In this document: positions 45,908 to 54,939 of the stretch, one piece after another
Layout of the letters: each line of letters begins with the position of its first letter
Numbering within the stretch: the stretch's first letter is position 1
The notes under the pieces: model-generated
Database searches by the model: none
What the model was told of the DNA's origin: nothing
Seen by the model: the letters and a program-made list of their open reading frames with translations, nothing else
Assembly: GCA_000092065.1 (NCBI GenBank)
Contig: CP000583.1
Direction: 5' to 3' (one strand)
DNA length: 64,000 bases
DNA from: Ostreococcus lucimarinus
Lineage: Eukaryota
Position numbers and translations under genes: made by a program

Positions 45908-47290
45908 CTAAACGCTCAGACCGGATCCCAAAACGAAACGCTCGATGCGTTTGTCCAAGGGAAACGTCGGCGCGACTTTGAATCCCGTCACCGACTTGAA
46001 GCGCGCGTTGAGCCAAGAACCGAGGCGACGCAGTAAATCGCCTCTACGATGCATCATCAAATCCGCGACGTCGCCTCCATGGCCTTGTTGATACTGAACA
46101 CGCAACGAATCGTGTGTGTTTTGCGATCCCGTGGAGCGCGTCGGCCTCGCGCCGCGGGATGATTGACCCACGCTTTGCGCCGCGTTTCTCCGCTCGTTCG
46201 TAAATCTATCCAGCTCTTTCGACACGTACGCGGCGTTAGATACAGCTTGAAACCGCTGTCTCGCCAACTGTGAAGCGCGCAGCGCGTCCTCTGACGCCCG
46301 CGCCGCCGGCAGCGCGCCCGCGGGAGTCGCGTCGACAGTCACTGGCACGGGCATTTCGCCCACTATCTTACCGCCCGCCTCACCACCCTCGACTGAGTTT
46401 TCTTGACTCGAGTCTCGCACCGCCGAGTCGTCGTCCGACCGCCGCGTGGACGCCGCGCGGTACTGCGCGATCGCGCGCGCCACCGATCCATCACCTCCCC
46501 GACTCGCACCAGCGGATCCACCGTAACTCGGAATCCCGCCCCCGGGCTTACTTCCGCCTCCCCGACTCGCCGCGTACGAAACCGAACTCTCTCGTTCAAC
46601 CACCGCTTTGCTCCACGGCGCCGCGCGCGTCTCCGTCGCCGCCGTCGTCGCCATCGCGGGCGATCCGCTGTCACCGACGATAGAATTCTCGTTCGCATTA
46701 AATCGCACGACCTTGCTCGCGCTCGCCTTGGTCTTCGTCTCCTCTCGTCCGATCATCACGAATTCATACTCTGGCGCCGTTCTCTTCGCCCCCCCCGTCG
46801 CCGTCGGCTTCGCGTTCTCATCCATCTCATCCCTCGCCGCGTCGCGCGCCGTCTCGTAGGCGCTTCGCTTCGCCACCGGTTTCGCCTCCAACCGCGTGTT
46901 CCCCGACGTCGTCCGCTTCAGGTCGTACTGCTCGCCCAGCAGCGCCAACAGCGACGTCGCGTCGAATTTCCCCTCGTTCGCTCCCTTCGCCCCCGTCGTC
47001 CCTCTCGCCGCGCCCGACGCCCCGGATTCGTACGCTGGATTCATCCGCGCGTCGCGCTCGCGCGTTCGTCCCCCCCGCGTCCCGCGCGCGTCCTCGTCAT
47101 CGCCCGTTTCATTCAGAATTCTAAAATTTCCGTTCGATCGCCGTTCGCGCGAATTCGACCCCGTCCTCGCGTCGTACGCCAGCACGTCGCTCACGTCCTC
47201 GAACCGCCGCGTCGAGCGCGTCTCGAGCGACGATCCCTCGCTGTTCGGCGCGCGGTCACCGCGTCGGCGTCGATGCGTCGTCGTCGTCAT
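45908..47290 (-). CDS. Hypothetical, largely disordered Ser/Ala/Gly/Arg-rich protein of unknown function
   Basis: ORF 45908..48175 was truncated to ATG 47290..47288 (MTTTTHRRRRGD...), because the upstream part is antisense to the ABCF gene. The only non-repetitive segments are ...LLALLGEQYDLKRTTSG... and the C-terminus ...VQYQQGHGGDVADLMMHRRGDLLRRLGSWLNARFKSVTGFKVAPTFPLDKRIERFVLGSGLSV. Confidence 0.4.
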   Translation of the reverse strand: MTTTTHRRRRGDRAPNSEGSSLETRSTRRFEDVSDVLAYDARTGSNSRERRSNGNFRILNETGDDEDARGTRGGRTRERDARMNPAYESGASGAARGTTGAKGANEGKFDATSLLALLGEQYDLKRTTSGNTRLEAKPVAKRSAYETARDAARDEMDENAKPTATGGAKRTAPEYEFVMIGREETKTKASASKVVRFNANENSIVGDSGSPAMATTAATETRAAPWSKAVVERESSVSYAASRGGGSKPGGGIPSYGGSAGASRGGDGSVARAIAQYRAASTRRSDDDSAVRDSSQENSVEGGEAGGKIVGEMPVPVTVDATPAGALPAARASEDALRASQLARQRFQAVSNAAYVSKELDRFTNERRNAAQSVGQSSRGARPTRSTGSQNTHDSLRVQYQQGHGGDVADLMMHRRGDLLRRLGSWLNARFKSVTGFKVAPTFPLDKRIERFVLGSGLSV

Positions 47291-47366
47291 CGAATCCAAT
47301 CGAATTCGCGCGTCGATTACTGACGCGACGCCGCGACACCGCGACGCCGCGACGCGCGCGCGCGCG
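47291..47366. promoter_or_regulatory. 76-bp bidirectional promoter region between the hypothetical gene (-) and the ABCF gene (+)
   Basis: The start codons are opposed at 47290 (-) and 47367 (+). Confidence 0.35.
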
Positions 47367-47494
47367 ATGCGCGCGGCGGACGCGCGCGCGGACGCGCTCG
47401 TGCGCGCGCTCGGCGGCGACGACGCCGTCGCGGCGTTTCGCGCGCACTTTGACGACGACACGCGGCGGTTCGTCGAGGACGCGCTCGGCGACGT

Positions 47495-47532
<38 letters not shown>

Positions 47533-47659
47533 TCGACGCGCTGGTGGAGATTTTGCTGCCGTTCGCGGCGGAGGCGATGGGATTGGACGCCGAGGACGAG
47601 GGCGTGGCGCGGCGCGCGCGAGTCGCGTGGGCGCGGCGCGACGGCGGCGGCGACGGCGA

Positions 47660-47693
<34 letters not shown>

Positions 47694-50243
47694 CCGGCGG
47701 TTCCGACGACGACGACGAGGAATGAAAAAGAAAATGATGCGGACGCGTCGACGGCGAGGGACGGGGATCGAGGCGGCGCGGACGCGTCGACGGCGACGGA
47801 TTGGATGGCGAACGCGTCGACGCTGATGCGAGCCGAATTCGAGGCGTCGACGGCGGAACGAGCGGTTCGAAGACGGCCGAGGGACGAGAAAACAGTCAAA
47901 GCGTGCGTCGAGCGCGCGTTCGGGGTCGGTGCGTTCGCGAACGACGAGGACGCGCTCGAATACGTCGCGAGTTTGGTCGCGGCGGACGTGGACGAGGCGG
48001 AGGAGACGCTCGAGGACGCGCTGTCCGCAGTGATAGACGCGTACGATTTGAAGATTTCTGGTTCGGTCGAGGAGGTCTGTCGTCGCTTGCGCGAGCTTTT
48101 GGACGAACGCGCGGAGTTGGAGATTTGTAAGACGAAGCGCGGGGTGACGCCGGACGCGGCGACCGGGGTTCGCAAGCTCGCGAACGTCGTTAAGATGGGC
48201 GACGACGCCTCTCGCCGAGGACGAAAAGGTCAAAGCGTGGACGCCGCGGCGGGACTCATCGGTGGGAGCGCGTTTTGGGAGCAAGAGCAACGAAAGCAAC
48301 AGCTGGAAGAGGAAGAGCGCATGACGGCGCTGGCGAAAGCGAACGCGGAGGCGGTCGAGCAGAAGCGTCGGCGACGAGACGAAAAAGCGGCCAAGGCCAA
48401 GGCCAAGGCGCGCGAACGACAGCTCGAGGAAGAGATTCAAAACATGGAGCAGCTCGCCATCAACGCCGTGTACTCCAAAGGCGCGTCCAGTCGACTTGGT
48501 TCGCGCGATATATCTGTCTCCGAATTTAGTATGCCGCATCCTCGCGGTGGCGACGACTTGCTCGAAGGGACGACGCTGAGTTTGATGCACGGTCATCGGT
48601 ACGGCTTGTGCGGGCGAAACGGATGCGGGAAGTCCACGCTCCTTCGTTTGCTCGCTCAAAAGCGCGTACCAGGGATTCCCGCGGACTTGCGTATTATGTA
48701 TGTCGCGCAAGACTCGAGCGATGATCTCGCCTCGTGCGAGTTGACTCCGATCGAAGTCTTGGTGAAGTCGGACACGCGTCGCGAACTTTTGTCCAAGCAA
48801 CTCAAGGAGTTGCAAGATCACGAGGACGCGGCGGTGGATGTGGCCATCGACAAACGCATTCGGGAAATTTGCGATGAACTGAAAGCTATCGGGGCCTCAG
48901 ACGCGCACGAGCGCGCGAGAAAAGTTTTGCGCGGTCTTCAGTTTGACGCCGAACAGACTAGACGGCCGGTGGCATCGTTGAGCGGCGGCTGGCGCGTGCG
49001 CGTATCGCTCGCTCGCGCTTTGTACGTCAATCCAGATTGTTTATTGCTCGATGAGCCCACGAATCACTTGGACTTGGAAGCGTGTTTATGGCTCGAGCAG
49101 TACATTTGCAACGCGTTCGATGGGCGCACGCTCGTCGTGGTCTCGCACGACCGCTCATTCCTGAACGCTGTATGTACCGACGTCCTAGCGGTGTCGAATA
49201 AGAAGCTCACCGCGTACGCGGGCGATTACGCCACGTATGAAGCCGTGCGAGACGAGCAAAATGCGCGCCAGCAAAAAATGTACGACGAGCAGCAGGCTAA
49301 AAAGAAGCAAATGCAAAAGTTTGTCGATAAACATTTGCACAAAGGTTCGTCGTCCATGTTTGACGACGGAAACGCCAAAAAAGCAAAAGAGTTGGCAAAA
49401 AAAATGGAACGCATGGGTGCCATGGGACACGACGGAAAGAAGTGGAAACTCTCGTACGACGGCGCGCAGAAAGAGCTGACAGCGCCTGAAGTGGAGACCG
49501 GAAGTTTTAAATTTAGCTTTCCAGATCCTGGTCCGCTCCCGTCTAGCGAAAGCGTCCAGCTGCGCGAGATTGCGTTCAAATACGCCGCCGACGAGCCGGC
49601 GATGTTTGATCAGTTTTCGCACCCATTCGACTTGACCACGCGGATTGCGCTCGTGGGTAGAAACGGCGCGGGTAAGTCCACACTCATGAAACTCATCACG
49701 GGCGCGTTAAAGCCAACGCGAGGTGAGATTTTCAAAAGCGGCAAGATGAGAATCGCTCACATCACGCAGCATCACGTCGAACAGCTCGACATGACTATGA
49801 CGCCGCTGGAGTTTGTGTTGCACGTCTCCGGCATCGAACTCAGCGCGTCGACCTCACCCGAGCACGAGCAAGACGCCCGTCGTCGACTCGGTCGATTCGG
49901 TATTTCCGGCTCGCTCCAAACGCAAACCATCGCGCTGTTGTCCGGAGGGCAAAAATCGAGAGTCGCCTGGGCCGTCGCCACGTGGGACGAGCCACACATC
50001 CTCCTCCTCGACGAGCCCACCAATCATTTGGATTACGAAAGCGTCAACGCATTAATCGACGCCATCAACGCTTTCGACGGCGGCGTCGTTTTCGTCTCCC
50101 ACGACGAATTCTTCGTCCAATCCATTCACGGCGCCCGCGTGTTGGAGATCACCGGCGACGGCGCGCCGGGCGCGGTGTCCTTCGACGACGATTTCGACGC
50201 CTACAAGCGCAAAGCCCTGAGAGCCCTCAAACGATGGACGTGA
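47367..50243 (+). CDS. ABCF-type soluble ATP-binding cassette protein (two NBDs, no TMD; GCN20/ABCF3-like) with a ~330-aa low-complexity N-terminal extension
   Basis: NBD1 has GLCGRNGCGKSTLLRLL...LSGGWRVRVSLARAL...LLLDEPTNHLD. NBD2 has ALVGRNGAGKSTLMKLI...LSGGQKSRVAWAV...LLLDEPTNHLD. The N-terminus has D9/T9 runs. The upstream part of ORF 46896.. is out-of-gene junk; ATG 47367 was chosen. Confidence 0.8.
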
Positions 50244-50295
50244 CTCTCGCGCATTCCTCCGTTCCACGCCTCGCGCCTCGATCGCGCGTCGCGAA

Positions 50296-50338
50296 TGTAG
50301 TCTAAACGTAGTTCGTAGTTCGTAGTTCGCGGTTCGCG
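50296..50338. repeat. Tandem heptamer repeat (GTAGTTC)n in the ABCF/CysRS intergenic region
   Basis: tctaaacgtagttcgtagttcgtagttcgcggttcgcg. Confidence 0.7.
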
Positions 50339-50458
50339 TCCCGAAGCCCCGCGCGGCGAGGTCAACTCTGCCCCGCGCGATGCGTTCGCCGCACACCGCA
50401 TCGCGTCGCGACGCGACCGCAATCGACGCGCGCGCGCGAACGAACGTCCACCGCGGGC

Positions 50459-52699
50459 ATGCCGGTCGACGCGCGCGTGCGCGAGGGTTACTTTTTCGGG
50501 CGCGCGTGCGCGTGCGCGCCGCCCACGAGCTGGTGGCGCGATGACGCCGAACGCGCCGCGCGCGACGCCGCGGACGCGCGTCGACGCGCGCCGGCGCTGC
50601 TGAACACGTTCACGAAGACCAAAGTACCGTTTAAACCGCTGAGCGGGAACTCGGTGGGGTGGTACATCTGCGGACCGACGGTGTACGACTCGGCGCACGT
50701 GGGACACGCGCGCAACTACGTCAACTTTGACGTCTTGCGCAGGGTGATGATGGAGTACTTTGGCTACGACGTGCGGTTCGTGATGAACGTGACGGACATA
50801 GATGATAAAATTATCATGCGCGCGCACACGAGACGGGCGGAGGCGGTGGTGAAGGCGGCGAGGGAAACGGGCGAGACGAGACTCGGAGCGGAGACGCTGG
50901 CGGTGGAAAAGTTGTTGGCGGAGGGTGGGAAACCGTTAGGGGCGCTCGATAGCGCCACGCGGACGCTGGCGAACGCGGTGAAGGCGGCGATAGGAAGCGG
51001 GATCGATGCCGAGCACTGTTGCGCGAAAGATTGGACGATTCAGGATGGATACCTGACGCTCGCGCACCAATTCGAAGCCGAGTTCATGGAGGATATGAAA
51101 TCCTTGGGCGTGGCGCGACCGGACATGCTGACGCGGGTTTCGGAGTACGTGGATAAGGTGATTTTGTACATTCAAGTCATCATTAACAAAGGATTCGCGT
51201 ACGAGTCCAACGGCAGCGTGTACTTTGACGTCAAGGCTTTCGAGGCGGCGGAGAACCACAAGTACGGCAAGCTGAATCAAAACGCCATGGAAAACATCAC
51301 GGAAGCCATGGATGGAGAGGGCGCACTCGAGGCGGAAAAGAGCGAAAAGAAGTGCGATTTTGACTTTGTGCTTTGGAAGATGAGCAAAGACGGTGAGCCG
51401 TGCTGGAGCTCGCCCTGGGGTATGGGTCGCCCGGGGTGGCACATCGAGTGCTCCGCGATGTGCAGCGACATTCTCGGTCAATCCGTCGATATCAACGGTG
51501 GCGGGATCGATTTGAACTTTCCTCATCACGAAAATCAGCTCGCGCAGTCGGAGGCGCATTACGATACCGAACAATGGGTGAACTTTTTCATCCACACCGG
51601 TCACTTGCACATCGACGGGTTGAAGATGAGCAAGAGTTTGAAGAATTTCATCACCATTCGCGCGGCGCTCAAGATGTACTCGGCGAGACAAATTCGGTTC
51701 TTATTCCTGCTTAACCAGTGGTGCGATCCGATGGAACTCACCCCAGTCGCTGCGCCTGATGGATCTGGCGTCATCGGCTTTAAGCAGATGGATCTCGCGC
51801 TGAGCATCGAACGCTTGTTTGTGGAATTTTTCCACTCCATCAAGGGCGTGTTCCGCACCTCTGGAAGTTACCACGTCGACAAGCAGCAGACTTGGAACGA
51901 GCGCGAGCGCGAACTTAGTGATGCGCTCGACACGTCTCAAGCCGCCGTGCACGAAGCACTCATCGACAATATCAACACCCCCAACACCCTTCTTGCACTG
52001 CAAGATCTCGTCAAGGCGACGAATAAGTACCTCGCGGAGACAGGCAGCGTTGATGTTCGACCACTTCTCCTCGAACGCGTGGGCAAGTTTGTCACGAAGA
52101 TCCTTAACTGCTTGGGCGTGTGCTTAGACACCGGCGCGGTCGGGTTCCCGGAGTCTTCGGAGGGTTCGTCCGAAGGTCGTGAAGAAACGCTTTCACCGTT
52201 TCTTGATTTGATGACGAAATTCAGAGACGACATTCGCAAGCTCGCCCAAGGCGGGGCGTCCGCGAAGGAACTTCTCACCGCGTGCGACAACCTGCGAGAC
52301 GTCGGGTTACCAGAGCTCGGCGTGAAGCTCGACGACAAGGAGGGCGGTGCGTTGTGGAAGCTTTACGACGCGGACGAGTTGAAGAAAGAAATTGCGCGCG
52401 AGCACGAAGCCAAGGAGGAGAAGGAAAGAGCGAAGCGCGCAGCCAAGGAGGAAGCGGCGCGCAAGGCGGCGGAAAAAGAAGCCAGGGCTAAGGTTCCACC
52501 GAGTGAAATGTTCAAGACGTTCAGTGAATACGAAGGATTGTACTCCAAGTACGACGACGACGGAGTGCCGACGCACGACGCCGCGGGCGAGGCTTTGGCG
52601 AAGAGCGCGGCAAAGAAACTGCTCAAGTCGCGCCAACAGCAAGAGAAGGCTCACGAAACGTACCTCGCCAAGGCGGGCATGGAAAAGCTCGCAGTCTAA
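50459..52699 (+). CDS. CARS: Cysteine--tRNA ligase (class I, eukaryotic cytosolic-type with insertion and Lys/Glu-rich C-terminal extension)
   Basis: WYICGPTVYDSAHVGHARNYVNFDVLRRVM is the HIGH motif. The catalytic core is ...GRPGWHIECSAMCSDILG...NGGGIDLNFPHHENQLAQSEA... KMSKSLKNF is the KMSKS motif. Confidence 0.9.
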   Translation: MPVDARVREGYFFGRACACAPPTSWWRDDAERAARDAADARRRAPALLNTFTKTKVPFKPLSGNSVGWYICGPTVYDSAHVGHARNYVNFDVLRRVMMEYFGYDVRFVMNVTDIDDKIIMRAHTRRAEAVVKAARETGETRLGAETLAVEKLLAEGGKPLGALDSATRTLANAVKAAIGSGIDAEHCCAKDWTIQDGYLTLAHQFEAEFMEDMKSLGVARPDMLTRVSEYVDKVILYIQVIINKGFAYESNGSVYFDVKAFEAAENHKYGKLNQNAMENITEAMDGEGALEAEKSEKKCDFDFVLWKMSKDGEPCWSSPWGMGRPGWHIECSAMCSDILGQSVDINGGGIDLNFPHHENQLAQSEAHYDTEQWVNFFIHTGHLHIDGLKMSKSLKNFITIRAALKMYSARQIRFLFLLNQWCDPMELTPVAAPDGSGVIGFKQMDLALSIERLFVEFFHSIKGVFRTSGSYHVDKQQTWNERERELSDALDTSQAAVHEALIDNINTPNTLLALQDLVKATNKYLAETGSVDVRPLLLERVGKFVTKILNCLGVCLDTGAVGFPESSEGSSEGREETLSPFLDLMTKFRDDIRKLAQGGASAKELLTACDNLRDVGLPELGVKLDDKEGGALWKLYDADELKKEIAREHEAKEEKERAKRAAKEEAARKAAEKEARAKVPPSEMFKTFSEYEGLYSKYDDDGVPTHDAAGEALAKSAAKKLLKSRQQQEKAHETYLAKAGMEKLAV

Positions 52700-52778
52700 C
52701 GTCTCAGTCATCCTCATTAGCGAGTTGTCGAATAAACGAAAGTGAATTTAAAAATTGTGCTTACATTTTTCACGCGCT

Positions 52779-54779
52779 CTACGAAGAGTATCCGAGCTTC
52801 TTGGACAACTCTTCAGCCTCGGCCATAAGACCACCGAGGTGGGCATGCAACGCGTCGCTCCAGAACGTCGCCGATTTCGGGTCCAAACCAAACGGTTCGA
52901 CCGCCTCGACGAAGTCCTTCGTGCCGCCGGCTCGCAAGAGATCGAGAAGCTTCGCTTCAAAGCCCTCCGGTTGCTTCATGTACGCGCCGTACAACGAGCC
53001 GACCAAGAGATCACCGAATGCATAAGCGTAGACGTAGAAGGCGACGTTGTGGAAGTGCGAGACGTACGCGTAAAGGTGAGAAGTGTCTTCGAGAGAGTCG
53101 AAGATTTCACCCTCCTTGCCGTAATACTCTTCCGTGCACTCGCGCCACGCCTTGGACATTTCCTCCGGCGTCACCGTACCCTTGGCGCGCATGGTGTGCA
53201 CCTTTTCTTCAAATTTATCAAAAGAGCATTGACGCACGACGGAGTTGATGATGTCGTCCACCTTGGACATGATCATCGCCAAACGATCTTCATCGCTCGG
53301 AGTCTTCTCCAACAAGTCACGGAACACAATCATTTCTCCAAAGATGCTCGCGGTTTCCGCGAGCGTGAGCGGCGGGTGGAATTGCAAGATGCCTTGCGGG
53401 TAACTCAACTCAAAATGGACTGCGTGCCCAGACTCGTGCGCCAGCGTGGCGACGTCACGCGCGGAGTGGGTAAAGTTGAGAAGCTGGAACGGGCCGGAGC
53501 CGTACGCCGAAGAGCAGTATGCGCCGCCTCTTTTCCCATCTTGCGCCGGCACGTCGATGCGCTTTTCGTCGACGAACTTCGTGAACATGTCCGCCATAGT
53601 GGGAGAAAACTTGTTGTAGCCCTTGTGCACGAGTTCCACCGCTTGTTCCCACGAGTAGTTGTCCTCGCCCGAACCGATGTCGATGGAAGCGTTGCGATCG
53701 GCCCAAGTGAAGGTTTCAAGTCCTTGCGTCGACTTCAAGATTTGTTTCTTCAACGTGTAGTACTTCTTGCAGTAATCCACACCTGTGGTCGCCACGGCGG
53801 CCAAGAGCGAGTCGACGACGTCGTCGGGCAAGTTGTTGCTCAGGTTGCGCGACGAACGCAAATTCTTAAACCCGCGCTCCTTGTTTTCGATTGCCCAGGA
53901 CCCGGCAGCCATATTGAGCGAAAGCGCGCAGATTCTCTCAAAATCCTTCAATCCATCGTTGAGCGTCTTCATGCACTGGCGACGCACCATCGTGTCCTTG
54001 CTGCTCGTCATCTTCGCCAGCAAAACTTCCATGTTGACCTTTTTGCCGTCGAGGTCGAACTGCAACCGAGAGAGCTCGTTGCCGTAGAATTCAATAACCT
54101 TGCCCTTGCCCGTGAACGAGCTGCGCACGGTCAACGCCCGCTCGACTTCTTTGGACAAGTTATACGGCGCCGATCGACGCACCTCATCGATGTACGGCTT
54201 GTAATTCTTCAACTTTGCGTCCTTTGCGTACTGCGCCTCCAACGCGCTCTCCGCCATATCCGCCAACTCGAGTCCGAACCACGTCAAATAATTCCCGCTC
54301 GCCTGTCCGTACTGCTGCATCAGCGCCCCTTTTCTTTGCTGCACCGCATCATCCATCAACCGCGTGTCCGCGCTCAACGACATGTAGCTCAGCACCGTCG
54401 TCAGCGTTTGCTCGATGCCCTCGTACGTTTCGATCGCCGCGAGCAGCGACGTGTCGAGCGTCCCCTCGTACGTCGCCTTGAATCCTTCGCACGCCTTCTC
54501 CACCGCCGACATCGCCTCATCGATCGCGGAGTCGTTCGTTCCCGCGTATCCAAAGTGTTTTTCCAGATCCCATCGCGGTTCCGTCGTCGTTTGCGCGTCG
54601 ACGGCGACGGCGTTCGTCGTCATGCGTCGCGATGACGTCGCGCGCGCGGTCGACGTCGCGCGCGGTTTCGCGGCGACGCGCGCGGTCGCGAGGCGCGCGC
54701 GGGGGGACGAGGACGCGCAGACGTTGGCGTATCGACGGAGCGCGCGCGTGACGAGGGTGACGCGTCCGAGGGCAGACAT
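52779..54779 (-). CDS. M3-family zinc metallopeptidase (oligoendopeptidase F-like) with an organellar presequence
   Basis: The zinc site is ...ATLAHESGHAVHFELS... (HExxH). The M3B-like fold is supported by ...TWFGLELADM... and ...FWSDALHAHLG... Confidence 0.75.
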   Translation of the reverse strand: MSALGRVTLVTRALRRYANVCASSSPRARLATARVAAKPRATSTARATSSRRMTTNAVAVDAQTTTEPRWDLEKHFGYAGTNDSAIDEAMSAVEKACEGFKATYEGTLDTSLLAAIETYEGIEQTLTTVLSYMSLSADTRLMDDAVQQRKGALMQQYGQASGNYLTWFGLELADMAESALEAQYAKDAKLKNYKPYIDEVRRSAPYNLSKEVERALTVRSSFTGKGKVIEFYGNELSRLQFDLDGKKVNMEVLLAKMTSSKDTMVRRQCMKTLNDGLKDFERICALSLNMAAGSWAIENKERGFKNLRSSRNLSNNLPDDVVDSLLAAVATTGVDYCKKYYTLKKQILKSTQGLETFTWADRNASIDIGSGEDNYSWEQAVELVHKGYNKFSPTMADMFTKFVDEKRIDVPAQDGKRGGAYCSSAYGSGPFQLLNFTHSARDVATLAHESGHAVHFELSYPQGILQFHPPLTLAETASIFGEMIVFRDLLEKTPSDEDRLAMIMSKVDDIINSVVRQCSFDKFEEKVHTMRAKGTVTPEEMSKAWRECTEEYYGKEGEIFDSLEDTSHLYAYVSHFHNVAFYVYAYAFGDLLVGSLYGAYMKQPEGFEAKLLDLLRAGGTKDFVEAVEPFGLDPKSATFWSDALHAHLGGLMAEAEELSKKLGYSS

Positions 54780-54939
54780 CGACGGGGCGATGAGTGCGGC
54801 GGATTAGTGTGGCGAAGACGAAGCGCGAGAACGCCTCCTCGGCGGCGCGAACGCGCGCGAGAGAACGCCTCCGTGGCGACCGACTGCGTACGACTACGAC
54901 TATTTCGCTAAGTATAAAAATATGGGTCGACGCACGCGG

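Noticed and set aside
52755-54635. 626-aa plus-strand ORF antisense to the M3 peptidase gene
   Set aside because: His/Arg/Leu low complexity with no motif. The minus strand has HExxH and M3 fold conservation.
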